The notes: a model not told the origin generated them from the sequence alone. Positions 22,868 to 34,049 are shown, numbered from the whole stretch's first letter. The stretch is 62,891 nucleotides of DNA, filler included, from Basidiobolus meristosporus CBS 931.73 (GCA_002104905.1; 3 parts of 3 records of this genome joined end to end with filler, not necessarily neighbours in it), one strand, 5' to 3'. Translations and numbers: made by a program.

Positions 22868-24514
22868 TTAATTGAATTCCTTCTTCTCTTCAGAAAGCTC
22901 TCGGAGTTTAGCCTCTCTGTCCTCCTTGTAAGTATACTTGGTGGACAAGAAGATGAATACGAGATTGGCAGCAAGGCCGATACCGCAGTAGAGGAAGTAC
23001 TTGGGAGGACCCTGCATAGAAGTTCCCACCAAAGCTTCTTCAATGGCAGTGACAACCAAGTTACCGAGGGAGACGGTGAGGAGCCAGAAGGATGAAGAGG
23101 TTGACTTCATTTGGCGGCCGACCTGGGTATATGTGAATTGGAGACCGGTGGGGGAGACCATGGTCTCACCAAGGGAGAGAAGGGCCCATTGGGGCAATTG
23201 CCAGGCTCCGTGCAGACAGTTAGGGCAGCTGGTGACCTTGCCACTCTTATCATGAGTACCATCAAATTTGGATTGCACAATGTATTGGAGACCACCGGAC
23301 AAAGCAAAGGAGAGGATCACAAGGAAGAAGCCAACAGCCATACGACGGAGGAGGTAGAACCGGATACCACGTCTCTCGAGGAATGGGTAGAGAACCTTGG
23401 CGCAGAGGGGAACGAAGATCAGAATGAAGATGGTGTTGAAGATCGATGACTGTTCAGTAGAGATCTCGAGGGAGCCCCAGTTCTTGTTCATCATCTCATA
23501 CTGCTCTTGCCATTCAGTACTTTGCTGATCGTAGATCATCCACCAGAACATGATTGGGAGAATCATGCCGAACACTTGACCAAACATGCGGATTTCCTCG
23601 ACGAACAATGGGCCAACCAAGTCCTCGGCGAAGTTCAACCAGTTGCCACGGCGTTGGCGCTCCTCAGGGGTGGCCGAGGAGTACTTCTTGATGGCGTATA
23701 CGGTACCCTTAAGCGCCTTCCAGGGAAGGAACTCGCCAATGGCTGGGACAATACGATAATGCTTGAAGCCCAAGATGAAGATCACCAATGCACATCCGAA
23801 AAGGCCAGCTGGAAGAATGAATGCACCAAAGTAACACTGTGAACCGAAGCAAGTAGCCTTATCCTTGATCATTGGAGTGATGTATTGCGAGAGCAATGAG
23901 CCACTGTTGATGGAAATGTAGAACATGGCGAAGAACCAATCAAGGGCTTTGGTTTGATGAGGGAGATATTGATCACCACCGTGAGAAGAGACACATGGCT
24001 TGATACCACCGGTGCCGAGAGCAATCAGGGTCAAGGGAAGCATAGCAGTCCACAAGGGATAAGCGCCATAGTTGCTGATCAATCCGTTGATTGAGAAGAC
24101 AGCCAAAAGGATGGTACCAAGGAAGTAGACCACCGACAGGTAGACAATGGTGTGATACTTGGCTAGCCAGGAGTCAGAGATGGCCGCACCGAGGAGGGGG
24201 AAGAAGTAACACATCATGTTGAAGGCGTGTGAATTCACCTTAGCCTGGACCGCATTAAGGCCCACGGCAGTCTTGAAGTATTGCTGAAGAAGATTTTTGA
24301 TACCATAGAAAGTGAACCGTTCGCAGAACTCGTTGGGGATAATGTACCAAACAGCCTTAGGGATCTTATTTGGATTCTCCAAAAGTTGTTGGTCAAGCTT
24401 TGCATTTAGCTCGCGTTCCAAACGTAAGAGTTCTTCTTCACGTTCAGTGAGTCTGTCGGTAGTACCCAGCTCCATTTGTTGGAGATTGTGATTGTCCTTC
24501 TCGTTTGCAGTCAT
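22868..24514 (-). CDS. PTR2: POT/PTR2-family proton-dependent oligopeptide transporter, copy 1 (548 aa, intronless)
   Basis: Motifs NEFCERFTFYG (ExxER) and GTGGIKPCVSSHGGDQY (PTR2 signature), FYISIN, multiple hydrophobic segments. TATAAAG 53 nt upstream. Symbol is family-level. Confidence 0.95.
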   Translation of the reverse strand: MTANEKDNHNLQQMELGTTDRLTEREEELLRLERELNAKLDQQLLENPNKIPKAVWYIIPNEFCERFTFYGIKNLLQQYFKTAVGLNAVQAKVNSHAFNMMCYFFPLLGAAISDSWLAKYHTIVYLSVVYFLGTILLAVFSINGLISNYGAYPLWTAMLPLTLIALGTGGIKPCVSSHGGDQYLPHQTKALDWFFAMFYISINSGSLLSQYITPMIKDKATCFGSQCYFGAFILPAGLFGCALVIFILGFKHYRIVPAIGEFLPWKALKGTVYAIKKYSSATPEERQRRGNWLNFAEDLVGPLFVEEIRMFGQVFGMILPIMFWWMIYDQQSTEWQEQYEMMNKNWGSLEISTEQSSIFNTIFILIFVPLCAKVLYPFLERRGIRFYLLRRMAVGFFLVILSFALSGGLQYIVQSKFDGTHDKSGKVTSCPNCLHGAWQLPQWALLSLGETMVSPTGLQFTYTQVGRQMKSTSSSFWLLTVSLGNLVVTAIEEALVGTSMQGPPKYFLYCGIGLAANLVFIFLSTKYTYKEDREAKLRELSEEKKEFN

Positions 24515-27500
24515 GATGGAAGACGAATGTAGTGAGGAATACTGGAGCCCTCTGGCTTGGCTTTATAGATTCCCAAAAGGAACACTGCTTCATATGATGT
24601 CGGACAAGATTTAATGGTGGATATTGCCATCACAGGTAGATTGAAAGCCTTGAAATTCCGCGACATTTAGGTAATTGTTGGGGAGCATGGACCTGGAAAC
24701 AAGAGAAAACCGGATCTAACTCGACTGATCAATTCAAAAAAGTCGAATTTTTGGTGTGGTCCAAGGTCGCGGATTTCTCGATTTGGCTGATTCCTTAATG
24801 TAAAATCCCAAGAGTTAGTCATGTGGGAATATTCTTAGTCCATCTTAGCCCACAGGGAAGCCAAATTTGGGATTCCGTGCATTCGCGCATCATGTGGTTT
24901 TATCGACCATCCACTAATTCGGTGGTCGCGAGGTTGAGATGCCACGTCCCATTTGCACACTAGATAGTCTCAGACTCTACATCCCATGCCCACACTCTGA
25001 CAGCACGTAGCTATGGTCAAGATTATGTGTTGTATATTTGTTCAGTATTTCAGAGGATCCATGTACAGATACAAAAGTGTAGGCAGAGAATAGTGACATG
25101 TTAATGAAAGAAACCGGTACTCAGAACAGGTTTTGTTGGCCATATCAGCTGCTTATTCAATCCCAAGGTGGGAAAACGGGTCTTCTGCGCAGCTTCCATG
25201 GATTTCCCCTGCGACATCCAAATAATCAATCACATCATCACTTCAAGCAGTCTAGCAAAAATATCAACCATAACGCCAACGGTGCGAGTTTTACTTGTCT
25301 GTGGTGGGCAACTGGTGGGTTGTTTTCATTCACTGATTATGAATCAAGAAGATCCCCCAAATAGCACCCATGTCACCATTAAGCTTACTGAAGTAATCTC
25401 GTTTCAGAATCGCACCACCCATTAGATGGTTCATCTGAATCGTGAGAAATTGTCGAGGATGCCGGCCTAATGGGCGCTACAACGGTGATTTTAAGGCGAA
25501 TCAGCCAGGTAGCATGGTTATCTTTCTATTTGGATCAATTCTGTCTTTTCATGGGAATACTCCAATTTATACGATATATTATATGGTGTGACCAACTAAT
25601 GACAATGCCATGATTTATAGTATGGGAATGGAAAACTTTCGCTAAGCATCTTTAAAGCGACACGTTAGTGGGAGGGAATAGAATGCAGTGCGTGATACAA
25701 AGAACTGTTCACTTTCAAAATCGACTAAACTCTAAAGCAATCCATTTACAGTGAATCGTTTCAATGGAATTAAGGTTGAGTGCGAAAAAAGGTTAATCCA
25801 GATAGATTGAGTGGCGGCGGCTTTGATCACAAAGGGAGCACAGGGAGCCAAGCGATGCCTCTGTTTGATGTAGATTGCTGCAAATTACAAGCAGCATCCA
25901 GAGCGGATTGCAAGAACGGATCGATTGCAAGCTGGCATAGAGAGGGAACTGCAAATTGCCAAGAAAGGCGACAAAATCTACCACTGTGAAGTCTTGGGCA
26001 GAGTCAATCCAGAAAATACGTGAGAGTTTCTCGGAAAATGTTTCATATATGGCCCACGCTTATTGCAAAAAAGGATACTCTCATGACTCTGCAAAGGATC
26101 CTAATAATTCAAATTAGTATCCCGATTGATCACAAAGCGTAATTCGATATAAGAACTGTCATACAGGGACAATTGAGATTGGTAGCACAGAATCCTGCGT
26201 TTCCGTCGCCATCAACAAATCCTGTTACAGTGTCGCGGTGCCGATGTGATACTAGAGCGAACACCTGATTGACTGATAGAGTGACAAGGGTTAGAATCGA
26301 TGTCCTCCTCTCCAATAGGGAGGTGAGGTAGAGGCTCCCCCGTTGCTGATATCAAGGTATCACAATCATATCTTGTATCCAAAAAATGGGAAGGTTCACC
26401 GGGTTTCATCATTAAATCACCGAACTCCCCTAGTTGGGGATTTTGGAATGTTTAGATGGATAAACAGGATGTTAGAAAACAATTGAAACACCACGTTAAT
26501 GTATAGCTATGTTACATGTAAGATACCGTAAGAAATTCCTCGGATTTGTGCGACCAAAATTTAGCTTAGGACAGGTTCAAAGGTAAGAAATCCGGTAAGA
26601 GCCCAAACTTTAATTATATCAAGCCTTATACTAACCAAAACTGAACAGAAACACTGCTATTGCTTGGCTATGCCAGCAGTATAAAACGGCGGACGCATAT
26701 CTGCAATGAACTCGCATCCCCTTGTCGTCGACCAACTCAAACACCTATGTGTCAGGATAGAGAGATAATGGTGCCGTTCTAGAAGACCAAGTGCGCAGCC
26801 TCCTTGGGACATAAGATGCTTGGCATTCTTTACGAACCAACAAAATCTGAAGGCCTTTTAGCCCCTTTCCCTGGTTTTTTAAACGGTTTACTTACTTGAA
26901 TTCCGTGGTGGTATTTTGAAACGACTGTCGAACCTGACGAGAGAATGGCTTGGCACGTTAGCATCCATGGTATCTGGGCATTTATCGGGATCCATTCCTT
27001 TTTTCCGTGCCACTTTGCTCAAGTAGCAATCGTGCAATTAGTTAACCTTCAGTAAGCTGTCACTCCACCTTGGTTGCGACCTCCTTAACAGTCTAGTAAT
27101 ATGCAAGAGTAACGTGAAGACCATTTCTTTACGGGATATTGGGATCGTTGTCTGCAACATCACACTTAGCCCGGCATTGCTCGTTGCTATTGCTAACTCA
27201 AGCTGTGCGATTTAACCAATGCTAGTAATATCAAATCTATGAAAAGCTATTGCCAAACAACTCAGTACATTAATCTACAGGTCGGCCCCGTTATCATTAG
27301 AAACAACAGCCGATTAATTGGATAGCCCGACTTTGCCCATAAATACTGTTATCTGATGGCAGATTAATTGAATGGTCATTTGATACGTAGCTTGTTTTTA
27401 AGCTTTATGATAGTTGGATACAGATAAGGGACTCCATTATGTGCTCATATGATAGTAATGCAAGATGACATTGCTTTGACCGGATTTGGAATGGTATATT

Positions 27501-27643
27501 CCGGTGTTGTACAGGTATACATTTATATAAGTATATGTATAGTGCCATGTATTGGGCTAGGGTGTAGAGAAAGAAATACACACTAACAAGCCTCTGTGCA
27601 AGGCCAACATTCTCGCGTTTCAACAAGGCCACAAGTTGCTGCA

Positions 27644-28254
27644 TTAACTTCCAAACCACTCGTGCAGGCGACTTGACGAGATTCGTGCGAAAATCCTCAT
27701 ACCGCCTAATTCGTCATGATGGACGTTCCTTTGGAAGCCTCCATTCAGGATTTCGCAGAACAAATAGAGTTCTATAGTGAAATCACTTGTGATATTACTC
27801 TCACTGATTATCAGCTGATCAAAGAAAATCCAAACTCTAGGTTGGCGAAAGTTTGTACAAAATAGACGCAGACCCAATGACTCAACCCAGATTCTTCGTG
27901 AGAGTTGTCTCATCAGAAAACCCAGATCGATTTTCTCATGGCTCCGTATTGGACTCAATTTACATCCGCGGCGTGACCAAAGTAGACGTGCTAGCAAACT
28001 CAAATTAGTCAAATTATGGAAGCACAGGATCCTGAAATCTCCCATCATCCACTCAGCACTCCCCGAGCAGTTCACAAAGTCTCATAATCCTGCACACTAA
28101 ACTTGATATGTGCATTTGGTGTGATACTCGGCACATGATGGAGGTGATTTTCGGATAAGAACGAGATATCAAAGATCTCTGTAGCAATAATGCTGGAGAA
28201 AGCTGCTGTCTCGAACGATGCGAGGAAATCAGATTGTGTGGATTCGGTAGTCAT
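27644..28254 (-). other. Two overlapping out-of-frame ORFs (60 + 143 aa), possible pseudogene of unknown family
   Basis: ORFs overlap at TTGTGA (28077-28072) and lie divergent from POT copy 2. No motif recognised. Confidence 0.2.
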
Positions 28255-28596
28255 ACAACGCTATCCTGTATCCAAATAATAGGAAAGTTCGTTTTTCTCC
28301 TAATTTCTCATCACCCAGGTTGTAGATTTTCGACTGCTATGGCGCCATTGGATCAACAAATTCCTTATTGATTTGGTGCCATAGAACATTTGACGAGATA
28401 CCAATTGAAACACTCGGTTTTTTGCGTATCTTACATAACAAAGAAGAGCTGCTGGATTCTTACGTTGTGTAGCGCTGGAGTTGGCTTTTCGATGGTTAGG
28501 CATAGGCTTACGAAAACCTGTTTGAGTAGAACCTTATTTTGAACGAACCTGTACTAGCCAAGCGCACCATACGGCAGACTTTAGTCTCACTACCAG

Positions 28597-28603
28597 TATA
28601 AAA
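28597..28603 (+). promoter_or_regulatory. TATA box of POT copy 2
   Basis: TATAAAA 52 nt before the ATG. The other two POT genes have TATA elements at 53 and 56 nt. Confidence 0.6.
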
Positions 28604-28648
28604 AGACAACCATGATTTTCAGATTAGATATCATCTACTTACCTTCTA

Positions 28649-30298
28649 ATGACAAACGAAAAGGATATTCACGAGCTTCAGCAGATGGAAATCGGTGCTG
28701 CTGGTGAAGACCAACTCACTGAACGTGAAAAGGAGCTACTCCGTCTGGAACGTGAGCTAAACGCCAAGCTTGACCAAGCACTCCTTGAGAACCCTGACAA
28801 AATCCCAAAGGCCGTTTGGTTCATCATTCCAAACGAGTTTGGTGAGCGCTTCACTTTCTATGGTATCAAGAATCTTCTACAGCAGTACTTCAAAACCGCA
28901 GTCGGCCTCAATGCCATCGATGCTAAAGTACAAACCCATGCCTTCACAATGATGGCTTATTTCTTCCCTCTCCTTGGTGCTGCCGTCTCTGATTCATGGT
29001 TGGGCAAGTATCACACCATCGTTTACCTCTCCATTGTCTACCTCATCGGCACAGTTCTCCTGGCCGTTTTCTCCATTAACGGTTTGATTGCGCAATTTGG
29101 TGGCTATCCTGTCTGGACTGCCATGGTACCTTTGACCTTAATCGCCCTTGGTACTGGTGGAATCAAGCCATGTGTTTCATCCCATGGTGGTGACCAATAT
29201 CTCCCTCATCAAACTAAAGGCTTAGATTGGTTCTTTGCTATGTTCTATATTGCTATCAACACCGGAGCCCTTCTTGCACAATACATCACCCCTGCCATTA
29301 AGGAAAAGGTTGTATGCTTTGGGAGCATGTGCTACTTCGGCGCATTTGTGATCCCAGCGATACTCTTTGGCTTTGCGCTTGGTGTGTTTATCTTTGGCTT
29401 CAGATATTACCGCGTTGTTCCAGCTCTCGGCGAATTCCTTCCCTGGAAGGCTGTTAAATGTACAATTGTTGCAGCCAGACGCTATTCTTCTGCTACTCCT
29501 GAAGAGCGTGCTCGTCGTGGTAGCTGGCTCAATTTCGCTGAGGAATCCGTGGGTCCACTGTTTGTTGACGAAGTCCGTCTGTTTGGCAAAGTGTGCCTCA
29601 TGATCATCCCGATTATCTTCTTCTGGATGATCTACGACCAACAAAGCACTGAATGGCAAGAGCAATATGAAAAGATGAACAAGAATTGGGGATCTCTGGA
29701 ACTCACTACAGAACAGTCTGCTATCTTCAATACTATCTTCATCCTGATCTTTGTCCCTCTGTGTGCTAAAGTCATTTACCCATTCTTGGAGAGACGTGGT
29801 ATCCGTTTCTACTTGCTCCGTCGTATGGCTGTTGGTTTCTTCCTTGTCATTGTCTCATTCGCCATTTCTGGAGGCCTCCAATACGTCGTTGAATCCAAAT
29901 TCGACGGCACATATAACGACAAGCATACTAAGGTAGAAACCTGCCCTAACTGTGTCCATGGTGCATGGCAACTACCTCAATGGGCTTTGCTCTCACTTGG
30001 AGAAGCCATGATATCTCCAACTGGATTGCAATTCACCTATACTCAAGTTGGCCGTCAAATGAAGTCCACTTCATCCTCATTCTGGTTGTTATGTGTTTCA
30101 TTCGGTAACTTGGTGGTGACAGCTGTCGAGGAAGGATTGAAGGATACCTCGCTTCAAGGACCACCAAAATATTTCTTCTACTGTGCCATCGGAATTGTTG
30201 CCAACGGTGTCTTCTGCCTCCTCGCTAAAAATTATACCTACAAAGAAGATAGAGACGCACAATTGGCGAAAACCGACAAGAAACAAGAGGCCCAATAA
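28649..30298 (+). CDS. PTR2: POT/PTR2-family oligopeptide transporter, copy 2 (549 aa, intronless, most divergent paralog)
   Basis: Motifs NEFGERFTFYG, GTGGIKPCVSSHGGDQY and FYIAINTG. Full-length collinearity with copies 1 and 3. Confidence 0.95.
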   Translation: MTNEKDIHELQQMEIGAAGEDQLTEREKELLRLERELNAKLDQALLENPDKIPKAVWFIIPNEFGERFTFYGIKNLLQQYFKTAVGLNAIDAKVQTHAFTMMAYFFPLLGAAVSDSWLGKYHTIVYLSIVYLIGTVLLAVFSINGLIAQFGGYPVWTAMVPLTLIALGTGGIKPCVSSHGGDQYLPHQTKGLDWFFAMFYIAINTGALLAQYITPAIKEKVVCFGSMCYFGAFVIPAILFGFALGVFIFGFRYYRVVPALGEFLPWKAVKCTIVAARRYSSATPEERARRGSWLNFAEESVGPLFVDEVRLFGKVCLMIIPIIFFWMIYDQQSTEWQEQYEKMNKNWGSLELTTEQSAIFNTIFILIFVPLCAKVIYPFLERRGIRFYLLRRMAVGFFLVIVSFAISGGLQYVVESKFDGTYNDKHTKVETCPNCVHGAWQLPQWALLSLGEAMISPTGLQFTYTQVGRQMKSTSSSFWLLCVSFGNLVVTAVEEGLKDTSLQGPPKYFFYCAIGIVANGVFCLLAKNYTYKEDRDAQLAKTDKKQEAQ

Positions 30299-30557
30299 TA
30301 GGATATATAAGTTTAATGCTACGAGATCTTCAGTATTTGAATTTTCCAGACCATACCCTACTGTTGATATAACCCAACTTTCTGCTGCACAGCAATGTGA
30401 AATAAATCATTAATCAATGTCTGTCACCCAATACACATCGATAAAATATCTTCTGTGTTTGAATGTTACTTTCTGTGTTTCGATCATAAAGTTGTTGTTT
30501 AGTTGATAGATAGATTAATCAAAGGATTCACCGAAATCACGACTACTACGGATATTT

Positions 30558-30843
30558 AGCCATCCCTACACATTTCACCTATTTAGAATCCTCATTGCGT
30601 GGTGGTCACTGCCCTTAATTCCAGGACTAATTGGATAGTCATCTGACCCGGACTCTAACCTTGAGCCTTTAAAGTGAAGTGTGGTGACTCCATGATATAC
30701 TGAGAGGCACGTATGATGAGTTGATATTTGATCTGTCCAGTTTTGGAATGGAAGGATTATAAGGGACGGTGAGCGTGATCTTGAATATCCAAGTAAAGTC
30801 TAATTTATCGGATGCTGTGCTGAAGTCCTACGCAACTGCAGAG
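30558..30843 (+). repeat. Direct repeat, copy 1 (~286 bp), duplicated at 34592-34877
   Basis: agccatccctacacatttcacc...cgcaactgcagag is almost identical at offset 4034. Confidence 0.95.
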
Positions 30844-31711
30844 TCCAACTGGCAGAACCAATCTTATCATTCTGACTTATACTGGGAAGAGAGCTACATC
30901 TCTAACGACCCATTCACCACAAAACTCACCGCCAATTGGGCTTCAAAAAACCCCGACTTAATGCATAAGCTACCCAAGTAGTCAAATATATAGGCCGCCC
31001 TTAAAGATCCGTGGGAGATTTAACAGAACTCGACAGTGAAGTGATTCAGTGATCGTAAGCCCAATTCGTCAATATCGAATTCTAGAAATTTGATGGGAAT
31101 GTAGGTGTCACAAATTGACCACAATCATTAAAATACAACAATCGGCAAATCGCGTTTATCTCTGTGCTTTGATAAACATCTGGAGTAGACTCCTATCAGA
31201 ATACCAGCAGCAGTATCAAACCGAGTATTGACAGATAACCATCACTCTGGATGCCTATTGTCTGCGAAGTGTCTTGAAGAGGCTAAGACATCGTAGTCAA
31301 CGATTGGACTATACTGAATAGTTGATGATATATCTTCAGTCCCGCGACAAATGAAATCTCATAGCATGTGATCACACTTCTGATGAATGTGCCTTACTTG
31401 AAGGTCGCCCGTGAAGCCATACAGACTATCTGAAACAGAACCGCGTTCCGTTTTTGATCCTTTCTGTACACCTTAGTGGTGCTTGTCTATTTGATTGGCA
31501 AGACTGCTGAACCATGAACCTTATTTCTGATGGGTTTCCATTTTTGGGGATATGAATTGAGTCTGCCTTCGAATAAAGTTTGTAGAGTACAAGGATCAGG
31601 CAGCTAACCCTGGCCTAGAAAGTAAACCCGATCTTTCGCACCGACTAAATTGTCCGCATGACCACGATTTCTGATAGCTAGGTTGTTCGAGGAGACCGCT
31701 TGCCTTGAAAA

Positions 31712-31718
31712 TATATAA
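31712..31718 (+). promoter_or_regulatory. TATA box of POT copy 3
   Basis: TATATAA 56 nt before the ATG at 31768, supporting that ATG rather than the TTG at 31705. Confidence 0.6.
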
Positions 31719-31767
31719 GGGGTGCATCGTGCCTCGTGGAATACACATCACTACTCATATTCACACC

Positions 31768-33417
31768 ATGGCCACCGATAAAGACATTCACGAGCTTCAG
31801 CAAATGGAAATCGGTGCTGCCGATGAAGATCAACTCACTAGTCGCGAAAAGGAACTTCTAAGATTGGAACGCGAGCTAAATGCCAAGCTTGACCAACAAC
31901 TTTTGGAGAATCCAAATAAGATCCCTAAGGCTGTTTGGTACATTATCCCCAACGAGTTCTGCGAACGGTTCACTTTCTATGGTATCAAAAATCTTCTTCA
32001 ACAATACTTCAAGACTGCCGTGGGTCTTAACCCGGTCCAGGCCAAGGTGAATTCACATGCCTTCAACATGATGTGTTACTTCTTCCCCCTCCTCGGTGCG
32101 GCCATCTCTGACTCCTGGCTGGCCAAGTACCACACCATTGTCTACCTGTCGGTGGTATACCTGATTGGTACCATCCTTTTGGCTGTCTTCTCAATCAACG
32201 GATTGATCAGCAACTACGGAGCCTATCCAGTATGGACTGCTATGCTTCCCTTGACCCTGATTGCTCTCGGCACCGGTGGTATCAAGCCATGTGTCTCTTC
32301 TCACGGTGGTGATCAATATCTCCCTCATCAAACCAAAGCCCTTGATTGGTTCTTCGCCATGTTCTACATTTCCATCAACAGTGGCTCCTTGCTCTCGCAA
32401 TACATCACTCCAATGCTCAAGGATAAGGTCAGCTGCTTCGGATCACAGTGTTACTTTGCCTCATTTGCCCTTCCCGCTGCTCTGTTCGCAATTGCATTGG
32501 TGATCTTCGTCTTGGGCTTTAAGCATTACCGTGTTGTCCCAGCCATTGGCGAGTTCCTTCCCTGGAAGGCTATCAAGGGTACCGTATACGCCATCAAGAA
32601 GTACTCCTCGGCCACCCCTGAGGAGCGCCAACGCCGTGGCAACTGGTTGAACTTCGCCGAGGACTTGGTTGGCCCATTGTTCGTCGAGGAAATCCGCATG
32701 TTTGGTCAAGTGTTCGGCATGATTCTCCCAATCATGTTCTGGTGGATGATCTACGATCAACAAAGTACTGAATGGCAAGAGCAGTATGAGATGATGAACA
32801 AGAACTGGGGCTCCCTCGAGATCTCTACTGAGCAGTCATCGATCTTCAACACCATCTTCATTCTGATCTTCGTTCCCCTCTGCGCCAAGGTTCTCTACCC
32901 ATTCCTCGAGAGACGTGGTATCCGGTTCTACCTCCTCCGTCGTATGGCTGTTGGCTTCTTCCTTGTGATCCTCTCCTTTGCTTTGTCCGGTGGTCTCCAA
33001 TACATTGTGCAGTCCAGATTCGATGGTGAGCGTAATGCAAGTGGCAAGGTCACCAGCTGCCCTAACTGTCTGCACGGAGCCTGGCAATTGCCCCAATGGG
33101 CCCTTCTCTCCCTTGGTGAGACCATGGTCTCCCCCACCGGTCTCCAATTCACATATACCCAGGTCGGCCGCCAAATGAAGTCAACCTCTTCATCCTTCTG
33201 GCTCCTCACCGTCTCCCTTGGTAACTTGGTTGTCACTGCCATTGAAGAGGGTTTGGCCGGAACCTCCATCCAAGGTCCCCCCAAGTACTTCCTCTACTGC
33301 GGCATCGGTCTTGTCGCCAACATCGTATTCTGCTTCTTGGCCACAAAATACACATACAAGGAGGACAAGGATGCCAAGCTACAGGAAGCGGCGCAGGAAA
33401 AGAAGGGAATGCATTAG
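31768..33417 (+). CDS. PTR2: POT/PTR2-family oligopeptide transporter, copy 3 (549 aa from ATG 31768, intronless)
   Basis: Same motifs as copy 1. The start caccATGgcc aligns with the starts of the paralogs. Confidence 0.95.
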   Translation: MATDKDIHELQQMEIGAADEDQLTSREKELLRLERELNAKLDQQLLENPNKIPKAVWYIIPNEFCERFTFYGIKNLLQQYFKTAVGLNPVQAKVNSHAFNMMCYFFPLLGAAISDSWLAKYHTIVYLSVVYLIGTILLAVFSINGLISNYGAYPVWTAMLPLTLIALGTGGIKPCVSSHGGDQYLPHQTKALDWFFAMFYISINSGSLLSQYITPMLKDKVSCFGSQCYFASFALPAALFAIALVIFVLGFKHYRVVPAIGEFLPWKAIKGTVYAIKKYSSATPEERQRRGNWLNFAEDLVGPLFVEEIRMFGQVFGMILPIMFWWMIYDQQSTEWQEQYEMMNKNWGSLEISTEQSSIFNTIFILIFVPLCAKVLYPFLERRGIRFYLLRRMAVGFFLVILSFALSGGLQYIVQSRFDGERNASGKVTSCPNCLHGAWQLPQWALLSLGETMVSPTGLQFTYTQVGRQMKSTSSSFWLLTVSLGNLVVTAIEEGLAGTSIQGPPKYFLYCGIGLVANIVFCFLATKYTYKEDKDAKLQEAAQEKKGMH

Positions 33418-33463
33418 GCCCGTTCGTTTACCACTTGGCGCAGCATCATCAATTGCATATTCA

Positions 33464-33499
33464 TACACACACACACACATGCATATATATATATATATA
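33464..33499. repeat. Compound microsatellite (AC)n-GC-(AT)n just downstream of POT copy 3
   Basis: acacacacacacacatgcatatatatatatatata seen directly. Confidence 0.9.
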
Positions 33500-34049
33500 G
33501 TTCAAATTTTGACAATCCCAAATTGAAATCAAACAGCAATTTGACACTCAACAACTGGATCGCAGACTCGTACAGAGTGGTATAAATAAACGAACTTTTG
33601 CAAGAGTAAACATGAACAACTGAAGGAACTTGAGTGTGAATGCAACATGGGACTCGCATCGATGTATTGTATGTTCGGGAAAAGATCAATGGTAATGAGG
33701 TAGTCGTAGTCAGAAAACTTAGTGCTCTTGGTTTACGAAAGCCAAGTGGAGCATCTTGCAGTAGTCATTCTATTTATTGGTTGGTAGTATGGGAATAAAT
33801 GATAGTAGTAACAAGGCCTGATGTTCTTAGTGGCAGTAATTCAAAGACTCAATTAAATTTATATGTGCATAAAGTAATGAAACAGGAGACCTGAGTTGGC
33901 CGGCACTCCAATGGAATATGAAGTTGGCTTCATTAGTGGCTGAGAGTGCAGTCATCAACTTCTTGGTGGATGGTGCCTCACCCTAAATGTAAATAGGTTG
34001 AATTTAGGATCGTGCCCGCAATGATCAGTATATCTGGTAGCGTCCTGAT

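Noticed and set aside
26179-26230. VTGFVDGDG, resembling a LAGLIDADG homing-endonuclease motif, in a 61-aa minus-strand ORF
   Set aside because: The flanking residues do not continue the fold pattern, the ORF is tiny, and the DNA is not organelle-like. Treated as chance; an HMM search would settle it.
31705-31767. 21-aa N-terminal extension of POT copy 3 from a TTG start
   Set aside because: It overlaps the TATA box, and the ATG at 31768 aligns with the paralog starts.
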